Below are positions 1 to 11,336 of a DNA stretch of 64,000 nucleotides, in pieces (within the stretch, counting starts at the first letter, position 1; every line of letters starts with the position of its first letter). Origin of the DNA: Eledone cirrhosa (Eukaryota). A model generated the notes under the pieces. It was not told the DNA's origin. It searched no databases and worked only from the letters and a program-made list of their open reading frames with translations. The stretch covers positions 1 to 64,000 of the forward strand of contig CAXHJY010000786.1 of the NCBI GenBank assembly GCA_964016885.1. Reading direction: 5' to 3'. A program made the translations under genes and the position numbers.

Positions 1-296
1 GTACATACAGTGCTCCAGTATAGTATTGGCCGTGATAGTTAAAATTAACTGGAGACATGTGTAAGTGATAATCTAAAGCACTAAACACAAGAAGGTGCCA
101 ACAGTAAAACTTGGGATCGACTCCTAGTGTGAATCCAATTTCGATTTACTCTTTTATGTATGACATGTGGATTTCTTTCACTGACATAGCTCCTGATATT
201 GCTTGTGAAATCAGTCAATGATTTCACCATTCTAGAATATGTCTAAGAGTAATTCAGAAAAATTATATTCGCTTTGATGGAGATGATTTAACTACC

Positions 297-375
297 AATA
301 ATTGTTTCTACTTTAGGCACAAGGCCAGCAATTACCCAGTACATTACTGGTACTTTATTTGTAATGTACTGGGTA
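297..375 (-). mobile_element. 3' fragment of the dominant tRNA-derived SINE with a short inverted duplication
   Basis: Matches the reverse complement of the SINE tail (aattgtttctactttaggcacaaggccagcaattacccagtacattactggtactttattt); 336-350 is inverted at 361-375. Confidence 0.8.
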
Positions 376-1274
376 TTAACTACCAATAATAAGCCCAGAA
401 CAGTATGGAAGGGGCCCCCCGTAACATAAGTTCGTCTCCATATAATACATAACGCAAACACGTAAGATGCAATACAGTCATAGATTTTATTTAAAAATAG
501 AAACTGTGTGTGTATTGTTGCATTTACTTCGAATGGTTTTCTCGTGCATGCTTGCACTGTTGATAGATGAAAACAATGAAGAGACTATAACAGCTTGAAG
601 GTGCTAACTACAACTGCTAGAATTAACACCTAAAATACTCTTGCATAATATAGTGAAACATCTTTAAAATGGTAAATCTTTTCCTTTCTAAAGAATGTTC
701 AGCATACTTGTAGCTGAAATGCCTGTGAATATGTTTGCTTATTCAAGGCTTATCTGAAGAATGAACAAGAAAGATTAATCTGAAAATTAATAAAGGAAAA
801 AAGGAAAGGAAAAACTGAAATATTTTCTATCGTAGTTATAAGATATTTTTTCTGACCTGATACCTCGGGTATAATATAATATTAATGGGAAAACCTGGGT
901 GTCTTTTTAAATTCAATTTACACCCACTGAGCTTCGGATTCGATCGCTGTAGAGCCTTATGGCCGCTAATGTCACATACGATGCATCAATCTGGCGGTGG
1001 ACACCCCTCTCCGGGCTTGAATACAACACATTTTTTATGGAGAGGGAGAGAGAGACACACAGAAAGAAAGACAAATAGAGGAAGGCCGACCTCAGTTTTA
1101 ATTTGGTATTGTATTTATAAAATTCGAAAGGCTGACAGCCGAAGTTGATATCGGTAGGATTTGAACACAGAGGGCAGAGATCGGGAAAGAATACCGCAAA
1201 CTATTATGTTAGACGGTTTAATGATTCTCTGTTCATGCTTAGACAGAATCGTGTGTGGATGTGGGTGTATTTTT

Positions 1275-1317
1275 ATATGCTGATGAGGAGACAATGATCT
1301 TTGAACAGTATACATGT
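1275..1317 (+). ncRNA. Degenerate hammerhead ribozyme
   Basis: atatg-CTGATGA-ggaga/tcttt stem-GAAC(A lost)-agt-ATA-catgt; followed by a tail ending in (TA)n at about 1441. Confidence 0.35.
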
Positions 1318-1458
1318 TATGTTTTCCCTGTGCATAGATGGAATAGTGTTAAGTGTTCACATATTCTCATTGGTGCGAGGATTCTAATTCAAAAGTGTAG
1401 TTATATCTACATAGAATTTCTTTTAAACACACCAAGACTCATATTTATATATATATAG

Positions 1459-1655
1459 TACGTTATTCCGGGTTGAATCGGAGGTAACCACAGTAAGTAA
1501 GGTACTCAATACATAACAGAGTATAAAAGTTTTAATATAGATGAGATTCTACAGGACTAGAACTGTTTCATTCTTTAGAAATCATCAGGAATCTCTGATG
1601 ATTTCTAAAGAATGAAACAGTTCTAGTCCTGTAGAATCTCATCTATATTAAAACT
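1459..1655 (-). mobile_element. Fold-back hammerhead element family A, copy 1 (Penelope-like pLTR remnant) in (TA)n
   Basis: Inverted arms 1528-1588 / 1595-1655, tail 1459-1527, TA repeats on both sides; near-identical to 61923-62118. Confidence 0.85.
1545..1593 (-). ncRNA. Type I hammerhead ribozyme
   Basis: gattc-CTGATGA-tttctaaagaat-GAAAC-agttctagtcct-GTA-gaatc: 5-bp stem I, TTC/GAA stem II, CAG/CTG stem III with CTAG in the loop; a second core lies on + at 1595-1637 with an imperfect stem I. Confidence 0.85.
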
Positions 1656-1733
1656 ATATATATATATATCTTACACAAATCAGTGAGCGGTAGATTATCG
1701 TAGAAGCGTCTCTCCCTGCGGGTAAAACATTTT

Positions 1734-1830
1734 ATCCTGACTGCAGTTTCACAGTTCAAAAGAATACCAGATAGCCCTTCAATAGATTGATAATGCCATC
1801 GTTAACAGAATAGATTCCTCTTCAGGGGAT
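1734..1830 (-). ncRNA. Hammerhead candidate with long, degenerate stem II
   Basis: atccc-CTGAAGA...(~68 nt)...GAAAC-tgca-GTC-aggat; palindromic TGCA loop III; the tail runs into the TA tract at 1656-1669. Confidence 0.5.
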
Positions 1831-2341
1831 TTAATTCTGTAAGGTATGAGATATTATCGACAGGGTTTTATATAATATTAATTATAGATAATCGTAGATT
1901 ACTCTATTGTCAAACATGGGTGGATTTTCATAAACCTTATAGCAACACACAAAATACATATGATGTGTATCTAGGGTGTTTTACATTCTAAGTTGCATAT
2001 ACCTCCAAGAGTGACATTGACGTTCCATCGATTAAATAGGTAACCGCTATATTCTCTCGCAGAGATTTGTAGTATTAGGACGCTTTAATATTATTACGTT
2101 AATTTAAATGGACACGTAACTGTCAAGCGCAGCAATTTCTCCCTCTTTCTTGGATGAAGAAGAAAGTCACCCGCAGGAGATATATGAAACAAAAATGTGA
2201 GGGATTTTGTGTGTGCATATGCAGGTGTGCGTGCGTGTGTTGTGTATAAATTAATAAGTAGAAAAATATATATAAATGTGTGTGTGTGTGTGTGTGTGCG
2301 AATGTAAAGATTTATAGAAAACCATCGCATGTGGATACAAC

Positions 2342-2376
2342 TATCTCTCTCTCTTTCTCTCTCTTTTCTTCCTCTC

Positions 2377-2412
<36 letters not shown>

Positions 2413-2508
2413 TCTCTCTCTTTTCTTTCTCTCTTCCTCTCTCTCTTTTCTTTCTCTCTTCCCCTCTCTCTCTTCCTCTCTCTCTTCCTCTTTCTCTCTC
2501 TCTCTCTC
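2342..2508. repeat. (CT)n-rich polypyrimidine microsatellite
   Basis: Direct reading. Confidence 0.95.
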
Positions 2509-3119
2509 TGTATATTTGATACTGGAAAGAGTGAAAGAAATCTTATGTGAGATTGAAGGGTTAATTTCGAAACTCAGTTTTCATTTTGCCATCACTTCAA
2601 GCAATTTTTCTCTGTTAATCTAATTTCAAACATCTTACAAAATATTTTGTTCTGAGAGCAGGCAATTTCTTTTTCATCTTTTTCCGTAAGTATGTATTTT
2701 TTGTTATATATATATATATATATATATATGCGTTTGCATATATATATATATATTATTGTAGTGCATTTTTATACAATTCTCGTTCTGTATACACCCTGCT
2801 TAGAATTGCACACAGGTTTGCAGAAACTAAAACACATATGCACAGACATAATCAGAATTGTGTACACACAAACATATATGTATAAGTAGGCTATTTGAGA
2901 CGCGATTATAAGGTCACCTGTTCGATTCCTGGCCGGAGTGGCGTGTACTTAATGTCTCGATACTTCTGCCAGGGTTCCAGCCTGTAGATAGAATCAGCAA
3001 GGAAAATACCAATGGAAAGAGAATTCCCTTGATCTCATCTGATATCGGCTCTACTCATTTTCGCGACAAAACTACCATGACTCTGGACCGTCGTAGTAAT
3101 AAGTCTATATACCGACCCA

Positions 3120-3165
<46 letters not shown>

Positions 3166-3291
3166 GTATGTATGTATGTATATATATATGTATGAATGAA
3201 GTAATTCCGTCGGAAAAGTCCAGGAAAAAAGAGTGCTCTATGTAGGTAACAGAGCTTAATAGTTATGTAATAAACAACGTAAGGCAATTAT

Positions 3292-3350
3292 TTCATTTAC
3301 CAGTAGTTTCTTAAAAGCAAAAAAATGTTGCTTTCAATCATCAGAATGAA
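3292..3350 (-). ncRNA. Type I hammerhead ribozyme (left-arm copy of family B)
   Basis: ttcatt-CTGATGA-ttgaaagcaa..ttgcttttaa-GAAAC-tactg-GTA-aatgaa on the minus strand. Confidence 0.8.
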
Positions 3351-3437
3351 AACATCCTGGTGTATTTATTGGTGTATTTATTGGCGTTTGTAAAAAATTT
3401 TTTTTAAATCCAACGCCAATAAATACACCAGGGTTTT

Positions 3438-3496
3438 TTCATTCTGATGATTGAAAGCAACATTTTTTTGCTTTTAAGAAACCACTGGTAAATGAA
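3438..3496 (+). ncRNA. Type I hammerhead ribozyme
   Basis: ttcatt-CTGATGA-ttgaaagcaa/ttgcttttaa (10-bp stem II)-GAAAC-cactg-GTA-aatgaa; perfect 6-bp stem I. Confidence 0.88.
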
Positions 3497-4238
3497 ATAA
3501 TTGCCTTATGTTGTTTATTACATAACTATATATATATATATATACGCCCCACACATACACACAGACATATATATGTGTGTGTGTGTGAACCCTTCTGCAT
3601 GACGGCCTTACAACATTTACTTTCACCAACTGAAAAAAGATAAGGGATTGTAAAAACTATTTGCTGGGCTATTGTTAAAATCTCATCTAAAATCAGCGTA
3701 AGCACGTATCTGATTATTTGTTTCGACCCTGAAGCCGCAATAACTGCCAATATACCTTTATACCTGTATCTATAGTTGTTGTTGCACTTGATTACGTCAA
3801 ACTAATGTTTACGCACTGACCTGCTGGTTTTAGCATATGCAGTAATAATTGAATGAAAAGCAAAAGACAAAACATGATAAAGGCAAACCAAAAAACACTT
3901 TATATAACAAAAGATCCCTTAATCAAGTCTCTGCTGTTGTACTTCGCTGATCTTTTTTTAGTTAAGAAATTATAAAGATTCTTACTTAGAAATTTGCTCA
4001 CTCCTTACTTACAAAGCAACACACTTGTTGCTGGACAGATTTAAACTATAAACACAAGGAACTGGTATTTTGCCACACTTCTAGGAAATATTTCTGACAG
4101 AAACACTTTAATTTTATTCGTCTCCACCCCGATGGAATATTAGAGAAACAACAGTTAGTTTTATGTGAATCCAATTCGTATAAAATATATTATAGCTGAG
4201 AATATATACACACGAAAGAGAATATACAATGAATTAGA

Positions 4239-4284
<46 letters not shown>

Positions 4285-4292
4285 GTGTGAGC

Positions 4293-4324
<32 letters not shown>

Positions 4325-4974
4325 AAATAAATATATATATATATATATAATATAAAACCTAATGGTATATAACAGAATCAATAAAATTAGAACCGTTTTC
4401 ATCAACAGCAGGCTACAAACGTGTAAGCTGACAAACACATTACTCATTACCAATGTGATTTATGAATTATATTGCAAACATGAAGGTTGAAAAGGTCAAG
4501 AGGCCATCTATTATATTGACTATAAAATTACACCGACATCACTCAATGCACTTGCAACAGGGACAAATTGCTAGGCACTATGCAATAGAATGCAAAAGAA
4601 AATGAAACACGAAAACAAAACATTAGTAGATAACAAATATAGTCTAGAAAAGTCATCCCTTCTCTCCCCAGCAAAATAGACAAATATTGATGAAAGCAAT
4701 ACTCAATACGCAGAACATGTTTAAATAAACCCAGTGAATAGAGAGACGATACAGATAGAAATAATAACCAACTCCCCGTTAACGTTTAAATATTATAGTT
4801 AACATCTGACAGTAGTGTCGACACCAATCACATCAGATATGCTTTATAAGAACAGGCAACACTACTCGCAATTATCACTTAAAAGAAATTATACAAAACT
4901 AAACCACAAACATCTGATGCAAAAACTAAAAGAAAACCAGAACGCACACAGAACCAGAACGCTTTTTAGACAAC

Positions 4975-5895
4975 ACACACAGACACATACATACACACAT
5001 ACAGACACACAAGTAGCCACACATACACTTACAGACACACACAATAGCCACACATACAGACACACAATAGCCACACATACACATACAGACACACAATAGC
5101 CACACATACAGACACACAATAGCCACACATACAGACACACAAGTAGCCACACATACAGACACACAATTGCCACACATACAAACACACAATAGCCACACAT
5201 ACAGACACACAATAGCCACACATACAGACACACAAGTAGCCACACATACACATACAGACACACAATAGCCACACATACAGACACACAAGTAGCCACACAT
5301 ACACATACAGACACACAATAGCCACACATACAGACACACAATAGCCACACATACAGACACACAAGTAGCCACACATACAGACACACAATAGCCACACATA
5401 CAGACACACAATAGCTACACATACAGCCACACAATAGCTACACATACAGACACACAAGTAGCCACACATACAGACACACAATAGCCACACATACAGACAC
5501 ACAATAGCTACACATACAGACACACAAGTAGCCACACATACAGACACACAAGTAGCCACACATACAGACACACAATAGACACACAAGTAGCCACACATAC
5601 ACATACAGACACACAATAGCCACACATACAGACACACAATAGCCACACATACAGACACACAAGTAGCCACACATACACATACAGACACACAATAGCCACA
5701 CATACAGACACACAATAGCCACACATACAGACACACAATAGCCACACATACAGACACACAAGTAGCCACACGTACACGCACAATAGCCACACGTAGACGC
5801 ACAATAGCCACACGTAGACGCACAATAGCCACACATACAGACACACAATAGCCACACATACAGACACACAAGTAGCTACACATACACATACACGC
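4975..5895. repeat. Minisatellite, ~22-30 bp unit (gccacacatacagacacacaata / caagta variants)
   Basis: About 35 tandem units. Confidence 0.95.
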
Positions 5896-5944
5896 ATCCA
5901 TACATTATTAATAGTGACTGGTTAGCCCTTTACACGAGTTTAAA

Positions 5945-6150
5945 CGGTGCATTGTCAGTTGCTGGTAATGATAATAGCTTCTTTGGCTTTACTATGTAGA
6001 AACTGAATAACATGACGGCTGCAGCTTGATTACGTGTGTCGTCCTCATTTAGTGGCTATTTTGGTCAGGTGACGTGTCCCAAGATTGAGAGGATGGGTGG
6101 TCCGTGTTCAGCTTGTCGAGTTTGGAGAGTGAGTAGAGTTTGTTTTAAAG
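5945..6150 (-). pseudogene. Possible decayed GIY-YIG endonuclease C-terminus of a Penelope-like element
   Basis: Minus-strand translation gives HPLNLG..TKIA and KAKEAIII with stops; motif resemblance only. Confidence 0.3.
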
Positions 6151-6281
6151 GTGTCATGAGAATATAGGTAGATATATTCTATGTCTTTCTAAACGTTTAT
6201 TGTAAACATACCGTGTTTCTTTAGAAATACGAAATTCCAATACATATCTGTATACAGCTATGCCTGAAGCTAAACTCTGAT

Positions 6282-6372
<91 letters not shown>

Positions 6373-6383
6373 TTCTGTTTCTT

Positions 6384-6419
<36 letters not shown>

Positions 6420-6883
6420 ATGGTAGGGTTTATATTAGAAAATATTTATTTTCCGAAGATTTATAGGTTTGTAAGTATAGTTAGCTGTTTTTCCACGGCT
6501 GATCATCATCGATAAAAACAACACACACATATATACACACACATATATATATACACACACATATACAGTATATATACACACATAAACGATAACACCCCTA
6601 CCATCATCACTTCTGACGTCAACTACCAGAAGCAAATCTACGGAAGTAACTTCTATGTGAGTAGTTCGCTGCTAGAAATAACAGCAAAAGAATTCCTAAT
6701 CACATTGGATTACACATCCTGAACTTAACTGAAGCGACGTGGAGTAAAGAGTCTTTATCAAGAACATAATTGTTACAAGGATTATTACAACTGTCAGTAA
6801 AATACTTATTTTAAGCTACAGAACAAGCACAAGCTCCACCACTAACAACACCACCATTGTTGCCGATATTATTAAAAAACTAA

Positions 6884-7064
6884 TGGGGGTGGATTGGCAG
6901 TATCAGTAGAGGGTTGGACGCCATGTTTTGCAGCAAAGAGTTACGGCCCTTTATGGTCTGAGTTCAAATGCAGCCGAGGTTAACTTTGCCTTTCATCCTT
7001 ATGGGGTCGATAAAATAAAGTACCAGTAATACACTGAGACAATTGCTGGCCAAAAGTAGAAACA
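6884..7064 (+). mobile_element. tRNA-derived SINE, full length, with 16-bp TSD
   Basis: A-box-like tggcagtatc, B-box gagttcaaat, core gcctttcatcct..ggggtcgataaaataaagtaccag; TSD attattaaaaaactaa at 6868-6883 and 7065-7080. Confidence 0.92.
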
Positions 7065-7129
7065 ATTATTAAAAAACTAAAGCAAAAAGATGGATACTTA
7101 TTTTCTAATAGTCGTCGAGACTCCTTTAT

Positions 7130-7214
7130 GACTCCTGATGTGTCTTTGTCATTTTAAACCTGTTGAAGACTCTATTGTTCCAGGTTTATTACAAAGAGAA
7201 AGAAATGTCGAATC
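7130..7214 (+). ncRNA. Degenerate hammerhead ribozyme
   Basis: gactc-CTGATGt; stem II tctttgt/acaaaga plus taaacctg/caggttta; GAAA..GTC-gaatc. Confidence 0.4.
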
Positions 7215-7403
7215 GGGACTGAACAGCTATTCGATTTATCAACCTGGGATATGAACTCGGAGCGCAGTGGTCCGGAGAAAATATCGGGGCCTTTAACCCA
7301 AAGCCTTCCTGATTTCCTAGGAGGCAACATGGAAAGTCTACATGCACAAATGATCTGCTGAAAATGGTAGCCAACATCGAATCTCTTCTTAGAAAGACGA
7401 TAA

Positions 7404-7592
7404 TTGTTTCTACTTTTGGCACAAGGCCAGCAATTATCCCAGTGTATTACTGGTGCTTTATTTTATCAACCCTGTAAGGATGAAAGGCAAAGTTAACCTC
7501 GGCGGGATTTGAACTCAGACCATAAAGGGCCATAACTCTTTGCTGCAAAGCATGGCGTCAGACCCTCTACCGATACTGCCAACCCACCGCCC
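7404..7592 (-). mobile_element. tRNA-derived SINE, full length, with TSD
   Basis: Same family; TSD cttcttagaaagacgataa at 7385-7403 and 7592-7610. Confidence 0.92.
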
Positions 7593-9334
7593 TTCTTAGA
7601 AAGACGATAACGTGGTCCTGATTGCTTTGCACATATCACGAGGGGTCGGATTAGAATACCATGACCACCCTACCACTGCAGCACCAATACCTTCCCAAGC
7701 AGCATCACCAGTCATGTTTTCAATGTATGCACTACAAACCAACTTCACCATTGCAACATCACTTCCTGCCATTAAGAACACCAACGCTACCATTACCACC
7801 AGCACAAATTAGCTATACCATCAACTTTCCATTGACATCACACAGTTCAAACTCTACCACCATCACTAAAACCCCCACCACAAACATCAGCTACAACAAC
7901 AACAACACCATCATCATCAACAACACCATCGTCATCATCATCAACAACACCATCATCAACAAAAGAGGCAGCTACAACAAAAAGAGAAACATCAACACGC
8001 TCGCTACGTTTATCTCTAAACATATCATCAACATTTTCATTGAAATTCTACTGAACACATCATCTGGAAGTTGAAGAAGATTTCAAAGAACGATAACCTT
8101 TTCCCTATGACTGTGTGCATGTTTTATGTGTGTGTGTGTATATATATATGTACGTATGTATCTATATATATATGTAGATGTGTGTGTGTGTGTGTGTTTG
8201 TATGTACATATGTATGTCCTTATGGGTGAAATTGACTTTGTGTATATGTGTGTGTGTGTGTTCGTATGTAGATATGTATGTCCTTATGGGTGAAATTGAC
8301 TTTGTGTATATGCGTGTGTGTGTATTTTTCTCTGTTTATGTTATCGTCTATACGTATCTTGTCCTCTGGTCAACTTTCTTATCTTATTCAGCTATCTGTT
8401 ACCAAGCTAAGGCTTGAAGAGTGGGCGAGAAGGTGGAGTGGGAGCAGATTGAGAAAGGGTGTGGGTAGGAGTAGAGGCATTGGTGTAGAGATATATGGAA
8501 GAGCGTGGGGGATATAACAGGAGATGGGTAGCAGAAAAGATGAGAGAAATAGTGTGTTTGAGACATAAAATAGACAGTTAGAGAGATAGAGATGATATGG
8601 AGTATATCGTGTTGAAGAGAGCTATGATGTAAAGATGTTTTGAAGAGAGAGAGAGCGGAACAGAGATAATAACAAAGAGAGAGAGAGAATAAGAAAGCGA
8701 GAGATAGATGAACACAAACTTACGCTTTCTATTTTCTCGCCCCCTCGTCAAGTATTTGGGAATCATATTAAGAAAAAAGAATGAGCTACACAGAGTGTTC
8801 GTAGTGTGCCTTATCGCGTCACAGACATATAAGAGGTTTCTGCGCCATTCATACAATTTAAAAATATTTCGGCCTGTTTATGTAATGTTTAATTCAGCTG
8901 GATGCCCTTCCTGTCACCAACCACTTTACAGAATATAGAGTGACGTTTTCGTCGTAACAAATACTAGAAAAGTTGTGCTATGCTTGAAGCCACATTCTAA
9001 ACCTTATTGGCTAGGCTTCTACATATACAAACGTATACATACTTATGTATATACTTACACATTTGTATACTTAAATGCATGCATGCATACATACGTGTGT
9101 GAGTGTCGAGGGGGATGGCGCATATGTGTGTGTGTGTGTGTGCGTGTGTCTGTGTGTGTTCTGTACGAGTCAAAATTCTAACATGAACGCCAATCAAAAG
9201 AAATGTGAAAAAGAATTATGGGAGTATATTGAAATTTCAACAAATCTGAAAAAATGTACTGCATTTAGGAAGCATGTCCGGAAACCATATACAACATGTG
9301 ATGGTGAGTGGTGTTTAGTGTATACCTGTGCTAA

Positions 9335-9990
9335 TGAATGTGGTATACTGTGCTTTGTATGCTGTTGTTTGTTTGTGTATATGTGTGTGTATGTGTGATA
9401 CAGAATATGAATGTGGTATACTGTGCTTTGTATGCTGTTGTTTGTTTGTGTATATGTGTGTGTATGTGTGATACAGAATATAAATGTGGTATACTGTGCT
9501 TTGTATGCTGTTGTTTGTTTGTGTATATGTGTGTGTATGTGTGATACAGAATATGAATGTGGTATACTGTGCTTTGTATGCTGTTGTTTGTTTGTGTATA
9601 TGTGTGTGTATGTGTGATACAGAATATGAATGTGGTATACTGTGCTTTGTATGCTGTTGTTTGTTTGTGTATATGTGTGTGTATGTGTGATACAGAATAT
9701 GAATGTGGTATACTGTGCTTTGTATGCTGTTGTTTGTTTGTGTATATGTGTGTGTATGTGTGATACAGAATATAAATGTGGTATACTGTGCTTTGTATGC
9801 TGTTGTTTGTTTGTGTATATGTGTGTGTATGTGTGATACAGAATATAAATGTGGTATAGTGTGCTTTGTACGCTGTTGTTTGTTTGTGTATATGTGTGTG
9901 TGTGTATGTGTGATACAGAATATGAATGTGGTATAGTGTGCTTTGTACGCTGTTGTTTGTTTGTGTATGTGTGTGTTTGTGTGATGCAGA
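9335..9990. repeat. 73-bp tandem repeat (~9 copies)
   Basis: Unit aatgtggtatactgtgctttgtatgctgttgtttgtttgtgtatatgtgtgtgtatgtgtgatacagaatatg; ORF starts recur every 73 nt. Confidence 0.95.
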
Positions 9991-10950
9991 ATGTGGTACT
10001 GTGTGTTTGTGAATGTAAGGATTGGTTATGTGTGTATGTGTGGGAGAGCGTGTTGTTGTGTATGTATGTGATAGCAAATATGTGTGATTAAGCGTGCCAT
10101 AGCCTCTTACAGTGAGTGTTGTGTGGTCTGATGTGTTTGATACAGGGAAGATTTGGTAGTATATGTGATGTGTGTGTGTGATCAGTAGGGGGTAAGTTAC
10201 AGAGCGTGTATGTGTGTGCCTGTGTGTGTCTGTGCATAGTGTGTGTGTGTAGTTGTATGTAGAATGTAGCAGCAGTGATAATTGGTTTTATAATAACGTG
10301 TAAGACAGTTGTGATGATAATTTCTGTATGTATGATTAACAGGTTTTGTAGATATGTGTGTGCAGCAGAAGGCTTTGTTTAGGGAAAAGATTTTGTCGCT
10401 GACTTCGTGTAATACGCGTGTATTTTTGTATAAATTGCTTAGGGTTTAAAGAAAGTTAATTTGTGATGATATTGCGTAAATATTTTTTTTGTCAAAACTA
10501 CGTGAAAAGCAGGAGGCTTTTAGTGCAGTGACGTGTTCTTAAAATATGGCGTTCATAGGAGGTTTTAAATGTTGTAGTTGTCATAGGAGGTTTAAAATGT
10601 AGAGGTTTGTAACTTGCTGGAATGATGTGTATATACGATGATCATTTGGTGTAGGGTTTATGAGAACCGTGTGGAGATTTTTGAAGTATTGGTTTGAGAA
10701 CCCGATTCTATAGTTCCCTGTCGATATTCGTATGTGTGAAGAAAAATATCTTGTCCATTGAAGGAGCCTCTAGCTCAGAGGCCCTAACCAGCTATAGTAT
10801 CGTATTATATTCAATATTATTATATCCGCCTTCATTCTCAAGGTTGTAACATCAATTACTTAACCACCATATATATATATATGTATATATATATGTATAT
10901 ATATGTAATGAGAAAAAAATCAATGTTAACATCTTAAATCCATTCGTTAC

Positions 10951-11080
10951 TTTCTACGAACGTTTCAATGCGGGTGACAATAGTACATCCATATTTAAAT
11001 AATAAGTCAATCAGAAATAGTTAAATAGCAAATTATTACACACCACATAGTACATATACCAACTGTATTTCTTCAGGAAA
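10951..11080 (-). ncRNA. Hammerhead ribozyme with ~105-nt stem II insert, in a TA-flanked element (10906-11100)
   Basis: tttc-CTGAAGA-aatac...gcatt-GAAAC-gttc-GTA-gaaa. Confidence 0.6.
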
Positions 11081-11128
11081 TAAAAGAAGAAATAAAGTGA
11101 TATATATATACATATATATATATATATA

Positions 11129-11336
11129 ACGAAGGAAGTGTGGTAAGGAACCAGGTGGACCATAACGCACCAGAGTACTGAATACTTTGGATAGTAGAGT
11201 GGGTAATAGGAAAATGTTCAAGACCCTGCCGGCAGAGCTCAAGCCGTTTCGATGGCTATTTCTGGACGAGAAATAGTCCAGAAATAGCCTTCGAAACGGC
11301 TTGAGCTCTGCCGTCGGGGTCTTGAACATTTTCCTA
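11129..11336 (-). mobile_element. Fold-back element family C carrying the 3' half of a hammerhead
   Basis: Inverted arms ~11207-11267 / 11276-11336; GAAAC-ggc-ttGAGCTCt-gcc-GTC present, CUGANGA absent; TA-flanked. Confidence 0.75.

Larger units (their letters stand above)
3192..3527 (-). mobile_element. Fold-back hammerhead element family B in (TA)n
   Basis: Inverted arms ~3260-3390 / ~3410-3528 with few mismatches; tail 3192-3259; flanked by TA repeats. Confidence 0.85.

Noticed and set aside
1595-1640. C/D-box snoRNA (TGATGA)
   Set aside because: The motif is better explained by the complete hammerhead core; no terminal D box or stem
4889-5901. Cys/Val-rich ORFs
   Set aside because: Minisatellite translation
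6884-6975. tRNA gene
   Set aside because: A/B boxes belong to SINE heads; no cloverleaf recognisable
9335-9990. CRISPR-like periodicity
   Set aside because: Whole 73-bp units are repeated with no unique spacers; eukaryotic context and no cas genes
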